Below are positions 46,902 to 57,902 of a stretch of 64,000 bases of DNA, one piece after another. The stretch comes from a virus: IMG/VR virus record IMGVR_UViG_3300045988_052780; one strand, 5' to 3'. The notes beneath the pieces are model-generated. The model did not search any database and was not told the DNA's origin. It saw only the letters and a list, made by a program, of their open reading frames with translations. Numbering within the stretch: the stretch's first letter is position 1; the number at the start of each line of letters is the position of its first letter. The position numbers and the translations under genes are program-made.

Positions 46902-47344
46902 TAATGAATTATGCTTTAGGGTATGCCTTCAATATTCATGATATGTTTGCTAACTTTGATACTAGTAAACTTGATTTAGAAACTAAGAAGTGCGAGGAAT
47001 TAATAGGAAATAGACATAAAGAAGTAATTGCTAAGAAAGTATTTAAGTATGCAGTTAAATTAGTAATAGATGATGTTATTAATAATAGTGCTAGATTTGA
47101 ACTGCCAACTGGAGGTAAGAAGTCATTTATAGCTATGAAGAAATTTAGTGGAGATGATTTCAAGAATGCTAGAAGGCATGGTAAATGGAAGGATATAGAT
47201 TTCTTAAATTCTAATTTCTCAGCATATTCTATGATATTTAACTATCAGAATCATGGCATATTTAAAGAGAAATTAGTATACTTGGACAATATTAATAAAG
47301 ACATCATAACTGAGAATACAAATGCCGGAAAGCAGTATTATTAA
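46898..47344 (+). CDS. Hypothetical protein (148 aa) in an unusually AT-rich island
   Basis: ORF. Local GC content is visibly lower than in flanking genes. Confidence 0.45.
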   Translation: MIMNYALGYAFNIHDMFANFDTSKLDLETKKCEELIGNRHKEVIAKKVFKYAVKLVIDDVINNSARFELPTGGKKSFIAMKKFSGDDFKNARRHGKWKDIDFLNSNFSAYSMIFNYQNHGIFKEKLVYLDNINKDIITENTNAGKQYY

Positions 47345-47918
47345 GAAGTATACAGACTATATAGAAGCCGTTAAGAAAGAGTTTCCGTATCTTAGTAATG
47401 CTGATATTAGAAGGATTCTTAAGTATGGATGGAGACAAATATATATTATTAATGTATCTGGAGGCGATACTTTAATTAATAGTCATAAATATAAATATTG
47501 GTTCTATATAGGAGAACTAACACGTAATTCTATAAAGCATTTTAGATATTACAGAAAGAAGATGCGAACTAAAGTAAGAATGATGTATAAGAGAAAGAAT
47601 ATTCAGTGGGATGGATATTATTATATAGCTATTACAGATAAAGAATATGAAGACTTTATGGCATCAAAGAATAAAAGAGGGCGCAAGAAGAAATATTACA
47701 TATTCGAGAACAAGTTCATATATAAAATTCTAGACGAATGTAAGTTAACGTTCTCCGGCAATAAATACTTTCTTAAATTTAAAATGCCTATAGATTTAGG
47801 ATACTTTTATAAGAAGGATAAACTTAGATGTGAATCTCCAGAGATTGCATTTACAAGAGATAGGGCTGCTAAGTTTGAAGATATCTTAGTAAGCAATAAT
47901 AACTACGAATATTTATAA
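47322..47918 (+). CDS. Hypothetical very basic K/R/Y-rich protein (198 aa) in the AT-rich island
   Basis: ORF. Composition differs from neighbours. Confidence 0.45.
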   Translation: MPESSIIKKYTDYIEAVKKEFPYLSNADIRRILKYGWRQIYIINVSGGDTLINSHKYKYWFYIGELTRNSIKHFRYYRKKMRTKVRMMYKRKNIQWDGYYYIAITDKEYEDFMASKNKRGRKKKYYIFENKFIYKILDECKLTFSGNKYFLKFKMPIDLGYFYKKDKLRCESPEIAFTRDRAAKFEDILVSNNNYEYL

Positions 47919-47919
47919 T

Positions 47920-50900
47920 ATGAAGAAAGAAGCAATTAATACATTTGGGGAAGGAATAATAATGGATTTAAATCCATTGACTACTCCTAGTAATGTGCTT
48001 ACTAATGCTCTCAATGCTACTATAATAACATATAATGGCAATGAGTTTGTACTTCAAAATGATATGGGTAATGGTAGAGTAGAGACTGCTTACTTACCTG
48101 CTGGTTATGTTCCTGTTGGAATTAAAGAGTATGGAGGGATTATATATGTTGCATCTTATAACCCCCTTACTAATAAAGGACAGATAGGTTCATTTCCTTC
48201 CCCTGAACGAAACATTAGTAGTCAAGAATTAGAAAGAGCTAAAGTAATTATATCTCCAAGTAACTTTAAATATTTAAACGGAATTTTAGATCAAACTATA
48301 GTAAAGGTTGAAATATTCCCCAAAGATACTATTTTACGCTCTGGAGATAAGTTTACTATACTTCTAGACTCTGCAAATGTTAATAGCTTAAAGCTATTTA
48401 TATCAAATTTCTTAAATGCGTCCGGAAGTAAGGCAACATCTCCGAAGAATAAACTACTAACTCTGTCTGTAGCAGTATTAGACTCTAATAATAATCTTAG
48501 AGACATTACTAGCCAATTAAAACGATTTGATGCTAATAATAAAGTTATAACATTTGATGCATCAGCATCTCCAATATTGAAGTTTAATTCTGGATACTTT
48601 ATTCAGACTATGAGTAATTCTGAAAGTACAGATGTAGACGAATTTAGAAAGAAACATGCAGTAAATACCTATAATAATAAAGTATTTGGGAATTTATACT
48701 TAGTAGCTAGTTTAAATGTTATAGACTCTATAGGAGTTTCTACATTCGGATACAGAAACACTACAGATGCAGATGTAAGTTATGATGATATAGAGGTAAC
48801 TGTTCCGGCTAAAAATGCGGCTGTTATCTTTGAAGTGGAGTATAAATACAATTGTCCAGACGGAATTTATGGTTCTCCGGACAGTAGCATAGTTACAAAC
48901 ATTGCTGATGTAAATACATCTTATAATTCCTATTACGGTAACTCTTCTGAATATTCTCCCAGCAATGTTATTCTAGGGACTCAGTTCAGTACTTCCAGGG
49001 ATTCTAGCAAAGCTACTTATACATTGCCATTTCATACAAATCCTGCTTCTGACAAATCATGGCCTATATACGACTTAAATACTGGTTTATATGACAGAAA
49101 GGTTAGAGGACAACTCAATTTGTCAATAAAGGAGGACGTAGAGAATGATACTTTAGTGTATAGTGCTATTCCGTGTATGGAGTATACTAAGTTACCTGGA
49201 TTAGAAATTAATGGGTCTATTAACTTAGCAAAGCTAGGTAGTGGTGATATAAGTATGAAAGTTTGGAGATATTATTGTAATCCAGATTCTATGACACTTA
49301 CTTGGGGGCTTGAAGCTTATCCTAGACACGGTACAGCTATAGAATCTGTAATATTTGAATTTTATGATATATTCACTGCTTCAAAGGTAATGACATATAC
49401 AGCTCCAAGAAGAAGAAGTTACAATGGTTCATTTACCGAAACTTTTAATTTTGGAGTTCTACAACCAAGAAGACTGTATCTAGTTAGAATAGCTTATAAA
49501 TTAAATACTGACAATAAAGACTACTACACTACAGTAGGATATAGATGGATGTTTACAACTACTCTATATAATGCCCAGTATTTTAGAACCGATGAATCAT
49601 TCGTAGATGACTTTGCTAATTTAGATGTAGATACTCTTAACAAGTTAGTATTTAATATAGAGGATGCACTTAAATTACTAAGTAGACTTCCTAGTGCTCC
49701 TATTATTAGCGACGAGTCTTATATGACTAATGAAGCTAAAGAATATAACACTTATAAGAACTCTAAAACTGAATTTGTATATTCAGTAAATCCAGTGCAT
49801 GAACTTGAAGGAGCTGAAAAGTATCCATTTAAAGTAAATGAAGCTAGTATTGAAACAGAAATAGAGGTATCTAGAGATAATGAAGAAACTAAGCCTAAAA
49901 TGACAATTCCTGAAATTACTCTAATAGGCACTACCAAACCAGGCAATATTAATGGATATAAGGAGTATAAATTCCAAATAGATAAAACTTCTACCTGGGA
50001 TGAGTCTAAGGATGATGTTGACGATAGTAAATTCTTCGATGCTAGTAACAACCTTATAGGACAACAATTTAAATTCGATTGGGATGATACTGCTAATAGA
50101 CTAAGGTTAACTGTGATTACTTTATCTAGACTATACACTAATACAGTTAGTACATCTATAACTCTAACAAACCCATATGTACCGTTTATTACTAAAGATA
50201 CTATTCCAGATGTATTTGGATTTAATCCGGTAGAGGATTTAGATGGAAGACTTATCAATACTAAAGAAATTGGATTTAGAACTAGGGACAGAGGTCGTGT
50301 TGAGAGAGAAATAATAGACTACTTCTGGAGAGATTCTACTAATGCCAAGAGTAGACCCAATTACTATGGAGGAATGGGAGATACTGGTGTATGGCAGATA
50401 AAGGAGAAGGACGATTTGCATGTTAGAGATTTTAGAGATAAAGTAAAAGAGGTTATTCAAAAGGTTATTGCTGAAAGACCTATATGTGTAATTGTCGGAA
50501 ATCCAGGAGCATACAATCATTCTAACGTATTTGATGATAGCTCTAACACCTATGAACATATAAAGAGTAAAAGTGATAAATTCTTAGGAGGGCGCTCTAA
50601 CCAAATATTGCTATGGTACGATGGTAACGATTATGTATGGGTAGAAGACTTCTGTTATGGTAATTCCTCATATCCTACCTTGGAAATGACTGAAATAGTG
50701 TACAGAACATTTAAAAATGTACTTATTCAAAAGGGGACAGCAGTAGCTCATACATTCTTCTCTTTGAATAAGAAACACTATGCATACAACGCTGAGTATG
50801 ATGCTTCAGTAGAAGGTAATCTTACTTGTTCTTCTACATATAGTGACGAGGTTTTAATTTCAGAGGATGGTTCCTTTATATATACTAGCGACTCTATTAA

Positions 50901-51441
50901 GGAACAAGTTAATAAGGTGCTAGAACAAGTGGATGCTATCATTAGCGGAGAAGAGCAGGCTAAGGAGGAGGATGTTACAGAAATAGTTAAGCTAGCAACA
51001 TTTAATCATGTAGACAATGAAGATTTTAACATCCCAGTTGAAGTTACAGTAGAGGCTCCAGGAATGGAGGACGTGTATAATGCGGCTGTTGGAGTAGCAG
51101 ATGGTAGTACATTCGGAACTGTTGCAGTATTGTACGACAATACAGTTGTACCTCTTGACTATAATGATAAACCATTTATATCAGGTACTATATATTATGC
51201 AGAAGAGAACAAAGATGTTAAATTGGCAACTATATCCTCTGGGGCAAATGTAGTTAGAAACCTAAAAGTAAAAGACGGTACTCTCATGGTTAAACAAGCT
51301 ACTAAAGTAACTAAACAGTTCGAGATAGTCGCAGGTGGAGAGGCTACCTGGTATTTCGACGGCTTGCCAGTAACAGATATAGAATTTAAAGATAGTAGAG
51401 CAGTAGGAACCAATTGGGGTAAATTAAGCGTATACGAGTAA
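47920..51441 (+). CDS. Giant virion protein (1173 aa); tail or ejected-protein candidate
   Basis: Uninterrupted 3.5-kb ORF, stop-start coupled to the next giant gene. No motif recognised. Confidence 0.6.
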   Translation: MKKEAINTFGEGIIMDLNPLTTPSNVLTNALNATIITYNGNEFVLQNDMGNGRVETAYLPAGYVPVGIKEYGGIIYVASYNPLTNKGQIGSFPSPERNISSQELERAKVIISPSNFKYLNGILDQTIVKVEIFPKDTILRSGDKFTILLDSANVNSLKLFISNFLNASGSKATSPKNKLLTLSVAVLDSNNNLRDITSQLKRFDANNKVITFDASASPILKFNSGYFIQTMSNSESTDVDEFRKKHAVNTYNNKVFGNLYLVASLNVIDSIGVSTFGYRNTTDADVSYDDIEVTVPAKNAAVIFEVEYKYNCPDGIYGSPDSSIVTNIADVNTSYNSYYGNSSEYSPSNVILGTQFSTSRDSSKATYTLPFHTNPASDKSWPIYDLNTGLYDRKVRGQLNLSIKEDVENDTLVYSAIPCMEYTKLPGLEINGSINLAKLGSGDISMKVWRYYCNPDSMTLTWGLEAYPRHGTAIESVIFEFYDIFTASKVMTYTAPRRRSYNGSFTETFNFGVLQPRRLYLVRIAYKLNTDNKDYYTTVGYRWMFTTTLYNAQYFRTDESFVDDFANLDVDTLNKLVFNIEDALKLLSRLPSAPIISDESYMTNEAKEYNTYKNSKTEFVYSVNPVHELEGAEKYPFKVNEASIETEIEVSRDNEETKPKMTIPEITLIGTTKPGNINGYKEYKFQIDKTSTWDESKDDVDDSKFFDASNNLIGQQFKFDWDDTANRLRLTVITLSRLYTNTVSTSITLTNPYVPFITKDTIPDVFGFNPVEDLDGRLINTKEIGFRTRDRGRVEREIIDYFWRDSTNAKSRPNYYGGMGDTGVWQIKEKDDLHVRDFRDKVKEVIQKVIAERPICVIVGNPGAYNHSNVFDDSSNTYEHIKSKSDKFLGGRSNQILLWYDGNDYVWVEDFCYGNSSYPTLEMTEIVYRTFKNVLIQKGTAVAHTFFSLNKKHYAYNAEYDASVEGNLTCSSTYSDEVLISEDGSFIYTSDSIKEQVNKVLEQVDAIISGEEQAKEEDVTEIVKLATFNHVDNEDFNIPVEVTVEAPGMEDVYNAAVGVADGSTFGTVAVLYDNTVVPLDYNDKPFISGTIYYAEENKDVKLATISSGANVVRNLKVKDGTLMVKQATKVTKQFEIVAGGEATWYFDGLPVTDIEFKDSRAVGTNWGKLSVYE

Positions 51442-54400
51442 TGGTACAATTATCCGAGGGCAGTTTTACAATTAGCAATTTAAACTTCCAAACCCTAAGC
51501 ATATCTTATTACCTAAGCCAGATAAAGCCTGAAGGTAAGATTGTATATGAATACAATCCATTGCGCAACTTTAGACTGTCTGAGGATATAGATAATGAGG
51601 GTAGACATCCAGGCGATGTAGGCTTTAATAGCGATGAGGTCATTGAGGCTGGAAGTATAATAGACTTAGATACAGAGTTATTAGGATTTAGTTTAAATAA
51701 TCCTGTAGATATAGTTACTCAGTCTTCCTACGATGGCTCAGTTAACCTTATTATTAATGACAATAGAAACATACCAAGATTAATAAACACTAGATTCTCT
51801 GTACTTCAAAATAATACTTATGAAGTAGTAGATAGAATCGGAAATAACGACACTAATCTATATGACGAGAATCAATTCGATTTAGATACATCTCTTTATA
51901 AAAGAGTTAATACAATTCCCTCATTAACATTCAATGGAGTTTTACATCATGGAAATTTAAGTGTAGGAAACTATGTATTATACTTTAAATATGCAGATGC
52001 TGATGATAACGAAACTGATTTCGTAGCAGAATCAGGTATTATATCATGCTTTATAGGAAATGATGGTGATCCATTCTCTATCAATGGAGGATTTATTGAT
52101 CAAAATAGTCATAAATCTATCAACTTCTTAGTGTCAGACATTGATGGAAGTTATGATTATTTAAAAGTTTACTATACTAGAAGCACATCAGATGTTAGCC
52201 AGAATAGAGTTGTAACTGCATTTAAAATAGAGAAGAAATATCCAGTAAGAAATGGTATATGTAATATAATCATTACTGGAGATGAAAATGCAGTTGAGAT
52301 TCCTATATCAGATATAAATATGCAATATTTGATTGCTGATAAAGTTAAAGCCCAGGCAGTATGTCAGAACATGCTGTTCTTGGGTAACTTTAATAAGCCA
52401 GATCAAATGTATCAGGATTTAACTGATATAAGCTTAAGAATTCTCCCATATATTGATGTAAAGAAATCTGAGGATCTTATAGGATATGTAGATAATACCT
52501 ACACAGACATAAGTGTTTCGAATACCCCTGGAGAGTATTATAATACTAAGAACATCTATAATTATGTTGGATATTGGAATGAAGAGTTTTATAGGCTTGC
52601 CATAGTATGGGTAATGACTGACGGAACTCTATCTCCAGCATACAATATCAGAGGTAAGAATAAAATTCCAACCAGAGATAATTTATTTGGAGTTGATGGA
52701 TATACTCTAGATGGGCTTACCGACTTGTTTGATAGTGAGGGTAAACGAACATATATAGCAGTTGATGAAGAAACTTACGAGATAGAAGATTCACAGAATT
52801 ATGAGAATGCTAAGGGTGTTATTAAAATAGATTATACTCCAGATTCAGGAGACTTTACAGTATGTGGAATTGGAGTATTCATTCCTACAGAGGTTGCAGA
52901 ATACTTGAAAGATAAAGTTAAAGGATTCTTTATAGTAAGACAGAAGAGAATTCCTACAATTTTAGCACAAGCATATGTATTACCTAGAGACATAAATTCT
53001 GAAGTACCAGCAATACCAACTGCTCAAGAATATAAAATTGAAAGGTTCTTGGATGATGATAGAATCCTAAATCAGAATTATTCTGAAAGATTAATGAGCA
53101 TTGATTCAAACTCGTCGGAGTTAGGAGCTAGAGCAGCAATATGTCCAGAATACTCCACCAATCAGGGATATTTTAATTCATTATTCACTGGAACACAATA
53201 TCTTACTAAGAACTCTAGAGTGCAGCCTACATCTAAGTATCTTGATATTGATGTATATAATGAGAGAAACTACTTCGTACCAGGATATAAGGCTAACTCA
53301 GATGATAACTTAGTAAATGCTAAAATAGTGGGAGTTGGTGACAATGTGCCATTAATTGCTATTGAAGATACTTCATTTAGAGGTAGAGCAGGAGAGGCTG
53401 AAGAAGCTTTTAGATTTAGGTATGTTAAATCAGACAATAAGACTAAAGATGCTTCTAATTTAGTAAGAGGTATTTACTCTCCGTATCTCGGAATCATAGG
53501 AAATACTACCATAGGTAATATAATAAACATATATACTCCGGGATATGGTACGTCAGCATATAAACAATATTTCACTACTAGATATGATGATACATCTCCT
53601 TATTATGCTATAGGAGATAGAGTCAGTATAGAGGATGTAATCAGTAAGTATGAATTAACTACAGTAGGAGATGTTTCTGGCTATGTTAAGACTTATTATA
53701 GAGGAGATTGTTATATATGCAACTATACTCATAGACTTAATAGAAACTTCCAAGACCCGTCAGCTCCTATAAATGATGAGATAGTAGACGATAATACTTG
53801 GAAAGATAACTATGATAATGAGAATAAAGAGAAGAATGAGAAGATAAATAGAGGAGACGTTAATGCAATTAGACTTGGAAGTTGGATTACCGTTAAATAC
53901 TACACCTCTAGAAATCTATCTATAAGATCTCTTGATTATAGTTATCCTAGTGAGGAAGGACTTACTGGACTTAAAAGAGGATTCTATCCCTTACAAGAAA
54001 TGAGTACAGACGGTAATTATAAAATTCCAGAATCGTCTGTAGTAAATGAAGGATTTGCAAGTACAGTTGGAGAGAAAGTCTCATACACATTACCTGAAGT
54101 GCCTTATATAAAGAATAGATTTGATACTAGGATATTGTACTCTGATTTAGCTATTAATGATGCTTTCAAGAATGGACTTAGAGTATTCCAGTTTACTCAT
54201 TATAGGGATTATCCTAGAATTTATGGAGGATTAATGAAGATGGTTGAATGGTTCGGTAATCTACTTTGCATATTTGAACATGGAGTAGCTCTTATTCCAG
54301 TCAATGAACGTGCAGTTGCTGGAGAAGGTTCGGGTGGAAATGTCTTCATAAACACTTCTAACGTGCTGCCAGAGAATCCAATGATGTTGTCAGATACATT

Positions 54401-56222
54401 CGGTACTCAATGGCCAGAAAGTGTCATCAAGACTCCCTATTACGTCTATGGAGTGGATACAGTAGGAAGAAAGATATGGAGAACTAACGGCAAACAGTTT
54501 GAAGTTATTTCAGATTTTAAGATACAGGAATTTCTGAATGAGAACATTAGTCTAACTGAGCGTGAGCTGACTCCAATAATAGGAGTTAGGAATGTTAAGA
54601 GTCATTATAATAGATTCAAGCAAGACGTAATGTTCACATTCTATGATAATCTATACGGATTTGAAGAGAAAGTTTGGAATATATGTTATAATGAGGTTTT
54701 AGGTAAATGGATTACATTCTATTCTTGGGTTCCGTCTTACTCAGAGAATATTGATAATGTATATTTTAGCTTCGATAGGGATACTTCTAAATGGATAAGT
54801 AAATTGGGTTCTTCCCAGAAAGGTTCTACATCACAAGATGGAGTTATTCTATCTAACGTTGTTATTGATGAATGGGGTACTTATGGCGGGTTGAAATCTA
54901 CGGAATTAGATTTAGTAAATAGAGCTGTTCCTAACGATGATAAAACTGGAGTTACTTATGAGAAGACTTTTAGTATCGTTAGAGACAATTTTGGATTTTA
55001 CAAGCATTTCGACATTAGAGGAGGTAATCACTTAGTAATGCTTTCTGAACCAGATTGGAAGTATCCTGTAGTTCAATTAAATATTCAATGTGATATTACC
55101 GCTAGATACAAGTCTGGAACAGTTCCCACAGATATTAATGAATATTTAACTGGATGGAAAGATTATCTATCATATAATTTAGGATTATATCAATCTAGTA
55201 TTGCTATTACTACTAAAGAAATTCTAGAGAACGGAGTGAATGACGGCTTGAATCTTACTACGGACTTCTGGAAACATGGTCAGGCAGGAATCATAGATAT
55301 AAAAGATCCAATTAAACCCTGTTTCTGGTACGGTAAACAACATCCGTTTGAGTATGAATTTGTAGTAGTTGACAATCCATCAGTTCATAAGATATTTAAT
55401 AATTTGCATATTATTAGTAATAAAGCTAAACCAGATTCATTCCATTACGAAATTGTAGGTGAGGTTTACGACTTCCATGACGATAAGAAGAATATGTATA
55501 TAAGACAAGAAGCTACTAAAGACTTTTATCAATATAATGGTTCTGACATCTTATATAATAGAAATTTCTTAAATTTAAGAGGTTCCCAAAGACCTATATC
55601 TAGAAATGGAATAGCAACAGGAGCTATGGATAAATCTACTATATTCCCTCTGTATTATGCTAGAGTAGATACTTTTAATGAAGTAGAGGATTACTATAGA
55701 TTGAAAACTGCCCCTAATAAAGATTATGTTAACTTATCTGGAACTGAAATAGTATACAATGAGAAGTTAAATGAATTTAGAGTATGGACTCATGCTAAAG
55801 CAGTAGATATTAAAGACCCTACAGCTGGACGTCTAAGAGGTAATATGAATTATCAGGAAGATGTTTGGGATGTACAGATTAATTCTATTACCTTTGTGCA
55901 GAAGAATGAGCCAACTTGGAATAAATCTAATGTAAATGGAGAAGTAATTAATAAGGTTCCTATATCTGTAGGTAATTCTCCAATACCTAATGACCTTAAA
56001 GGTTTTGATATTTCTGAAAGTACACCAGTTGAGAATTTTATGCCTAGTGATTTAAGAACATTAGGATATAATATAGATGATATAGATGTATCTGATTGGT
56101 GGAGTGGTAGGAAAGAAACTAGGTTAAGAGATAAGTACATTAAGATTAGAGTCAGATATACTGGTGAAGAGCTGGCTATAATTACTGCATTAAAGACATT
56201 ATTTACAATAAGCTATGCATAA
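51441..56222 (+). CDS. Giant virion protein (1593 aa); tail or ejected-protein candidate
   Basis: Uninterrupted 4.8-kb ORF. No DxDGD RNAP motif found. Confidence 0.6.
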   Translation: MVQLSEGSFTISNLNFQTLSISYYLSQIKPEGKIVYEYNPLRNFRLSEDIDNEGRHPGDVGFNSDEVIEAGSIIDLDTELLGFSLNNPVDIVTQSSYDGSVNLIINDNRNIPRLINTRFSVLQNNTYEVVDRIGNNDTNLYDENQFDLDTSLYKRVNTIPSLTFNGVLHHGNLSVGNYVLYFKYADADDNETDFVAESGIISCFIGNDGDPFSINGGFIDQNSHKSINFLVSDIDGSYDYLKVYYTRSTSDVSQNRVVTAFKIEKKYPVRNGICNIIITGDENAVEIPISDINMQYLIADKVKAQAVCQNMLFLGNFNKPDQMYQDLTDISLRILPYIDVKKSEDLIGYVDNTYTDISVSNTPGEYYNTKNIYNYVGYWNEEFYRLAIVWVMTDGTLSPAYNIRGKNKIPTRDNLFGVDGYTLDGLTDLFDSEGKRTYIAVDEETYEIEDSQNYENAKGVIKIDYTPDSGDFTVCGIGVFIPTEVAEYLKDKVKGFFIVRQKRIPTILAQAYVLPRDINSEVPAIPTAQEYKIERFLDDDRILNQNYSERLMSIDSNSSELGARAAICPEYSTNQGYFNSLFTGTQYLTKNSRVQPTSKYLDIDVYNERNYFVPGYKANSDDNLVNAKIVGVGDNVPLIAIEDTSFRGRAGEAEEAFRFRYVKSDNKTKDASNLVRGIYSPYLGIIGNTTIGNIINIYTPGYGTSAYKQYFTTRYDDTSPYYAIGDRVSIEDVISKYELTTVGDVSGYVKTYYRGDCYICNYTHRLNRNFQDPSAPINDEIVDDNTWKDNYDNENKEKNEKINRGDVNAIRLGSWITVKYYTSRNLSIRSLDYSYPSEEGLTGLKRGFYPLQEMSTDGNYKIPESSVVNEGFASTVGEKVSYTLPEVPYIKNRFDTRILYSDLAINDAFKNGLRVFQFTHYRDYPRIYGGLMKMVEWFGNLLCIFEHGVALIPVNERAVAGEGSGGNVFINTSNVLPENPMMLSDTFGTQWPESVIKTPYYVYGVDTVGRKIWRTNGKQFEVISDFKIQEFLNENISLTERELTPIIGVRNVKSHYNRFKQDVMFTFYDNLYGFEEKVWNICYNEVLGKWITFYSWVPSYSENIDNVYFSFDRDTSKWISKLGSSQKGSTSQDGVILSNVVIDEWGTYGGLKSTELDLVNRAVPNDDKTGVTYEKTFSIVRDNFGFYKHFDIRGGNHLVMLSEPDWKYPVVQLNIQCDITARYKSGTVPTDINEYLTGWKDYLSYNLGLYQSSIAITTKEILENGVNDGLNLTTDFWKHGQAGIIDIKDPIKPCFWYGKQHPFEYEFVVVDNPSVHKIFNNLHIISNKAKPDSFHYEIVGEVYDFHDDKKNMYIRQEATKDFYQYNGSDILYNRNFLNLRGSQRPISRNGIATGAMDKSTIFPLYYARVDTFNEVEDYYRLKTAPNKDYVNLSGTEIVYNEKLNEFRVWTHAKAVDIKDPTAGRLRGNMNYQEDVWDVQINSITFVQKNEPTWNKSNVNGEVINKVPISVGNSPIPNDLKGFDISESTPVENFMPSDLRTLGYNIDDIDVSDWWSGRKETRLRDKYIKIRVRYTGEELAIITALKTLFTISYA

Positions 56223-57393
56223 CACTTATAAAAGAAGAATTCTGAAGGGGCAGGCAGGTTTGCTTGCTCCTATACAGAATGGAGGTTCTAGTTTCAGTCC
56301 ATTACCACCGATGCCTCCTATTAATACGTTAAATCCTTCTGGAGGAAGATCTAGAAATGGCATCTTTAGTAAGTCCAATATAGGTAGTACCGTAAATGTT
56401 GCTAGTCAAGTAGCTGACGTAGTAAGATCATTTATGCCTGAGAATAATGTTTATCAAGGTCCTAAAGGATCTATTACTAGAGGTATAGATAATGCATATG
56501 ACGCTGCTGCTAACATGGCTATGCAAATTAATCCTGTGATAGGAGGAGCAATGAAAGTTGGAGGTTTAGTATCAGATGGAATTAATGCCATTACTGGTGG
56601 TACTGATGGAATGACAACTCAAGATTCTATATTTAGTTCTACATTAGGTAATTTAACCGGATTAGGCATTATAAATAGTGCCTTTGGTAAAAGAGCTAAT
56701 ACTATTAATAAAGATAATGAGACTTGGGAACAGCAAGGTTCTGCTTACGGAGGGTCTTTAGCTAAGGTAGACGATGCTCTTACTAAGAGTGGTAAGAAGT
56801 ATGGATTATTTAGTAATAGAGCCAGAAAGAAAGCCAATGCTCAAATATCTGAAGCTAAGAGACAGCAGAATTTAGTTGCCGATATTAATGAAGAAGCACA
56901 AGATGCATTTGCAGCATCTAACTACAGTGGCATAGGACTTAGAAATCAAATAGCTTTAAATGGCGGATATAGAAGTATGGCTATAGGTAGAAACGGAATA
57001 AAGATTTTGGATAAAGAATTACAATGGGCTAACTCTATCCTTAATAAAACTAAAGCCTCTGTTCCAGAATTTAAATCTGGTGGTAAAGTTAATGTAATTC
57101 CGGAGGGAGCATTACACAAGAATAAGCATCATTTAGAAGATGTAAATCCAGAATTTAAAGATGTAACTAATAAAGGCATACCAGTAGTTAGTAAGGAAGA
57201 TGGTGGCGAGTTAGTACAACATGCAGAGATTGAACGTAATGAGATTATATTTAACCTAGATGTAACTAATAAGCTTGAAGAGCTAATGAAGAAGGGCGAT
57301 GATGAGTCCGCTATTGAGGCAGGTAAGTTGTTAGTACATGAGATACTTAATAATACTATCGACAATACCGGAATATTAAAAGAAATTCAATGA
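56215..57393 (+). CDS. Gly-rich hypothetical protein (392 aa)
   Basis: ORF overlapping neighbours by a few nt on both sides. Confidence 0.5.
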   Translation: MHNTYKRRILKGQAGLLAPIQNGGSSFSPLPPMPPINTLNPSGGRSRNGIFSKSNIGSTVNVASQVADVVRSFMPENNVYQGPKGSITRGIDNAYDAAANMAMQINPVIGGAMKVGGLVSDGINAITGGTDGMTTQDSIFSSTLGNLTGLGIINSAFGKRANTINKDNETWEQQGSAYGGSLAKVDDALTKSGKKYGLFSNRARKKANAQISEAKRQQNLVADINEEAQDAFAASNYSGIGLRNQIALNGGYRSMAIGRNGIKILDKELQWANSILNKTKASVPEFKSGGKVNVIPEGALHKNKHHLEDVNPEFKDVTNKGIPVVSKEDGGELVQHAEIERNEIIFNLDVTNKLEELMKKGDDESAIEAGKLLVHEILNNTIDNTGILKEIQ

Positions 57394-57902
57394 GAAGAAT
57401 TGCTTTATTAATTATCATGCTCTTCTTAGCTGTGGGGTGTAATAATAGACCTACTAATACAGAATCTTTACTATATTTTGAGAATAAATATACAGAAGCT
57501 TGTAACATACCTGTAGTTAAGAGCCAAGTAGGTAATCAAACTGCTTATTTTATAATAGATACTGGTGCTAACACATCACTTATAGATTCAGATTATTATA
57601 GAACACACCAAGAACTGTTTGTATTTAGTCATACAGTAGATGTACAATATCATGGAATAGGTGGTTCTACTGAGGAAATGACAGTAGATGTAGTTATAGG
57701 CGAACTATCTATAGGAGATGTAATATTTATGGAATCTGATTTATCATCAGTAAGAAGGCAGCTTCAAATAGAGGGATATAATATTATAGGCATTATAGGT
57801 TCTGATTTCTTTGAGAGGACTTTGTCTATTATAGACTACGGAAATAGAGCACTATACTTTGCAAGTTTGGATTTAGACTCACTAAACATTGGTAACAAAT
57901 GA
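57390..57902 (+). CDS. Predicted lipoprotein with a retropepsin-like (clan AA) aspartic protease domain (170 aa)
   Basis: Signal peptide MRRIALLIIMLFLAVGC (lipobox-like, Cys17). Catalytic-type motif YFIIDTGANTSLI (D-T-G-A). Confidence 0.5.
   Translation: MRRIALLIIMLFLAVGCNNRPTNTESLLYFENKYTEACNIPVVKSQVGNQTAYFIIDTGANTSLIDSDYYRTHQELFVFSHTVDVQYHGIGGSTEEMTVDVVIGELSIGDVIFMESDLSSVRRQLQIEGYNIIGIIGSDFFERTLSIIDYGNRALYFASLDLDSLNIGNK

Noticed and set aside
47322-47918. GIY-YIG homing endonuclease (IYIIN ... FYIGEL)
   Set aside because: The spacing between the two elements (about 20 aa) is roughly double the canonical 10-11 aa, and the conserved Arg/Glu downstream could not be identified.
49752-50559. 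Long antisense ORFs (168 and 106 aa) inside the 1173-aa gene. Similar antisense ORFs occur inside other giant genes, for example 41798-42187, 31521-31859 and 58551-58809.
   Set aside because: They lie fully inside much longer sense ORFs, and their low-complexity Ser/Leu-rich translations are typical of antisense frames in AT-rich DNA.
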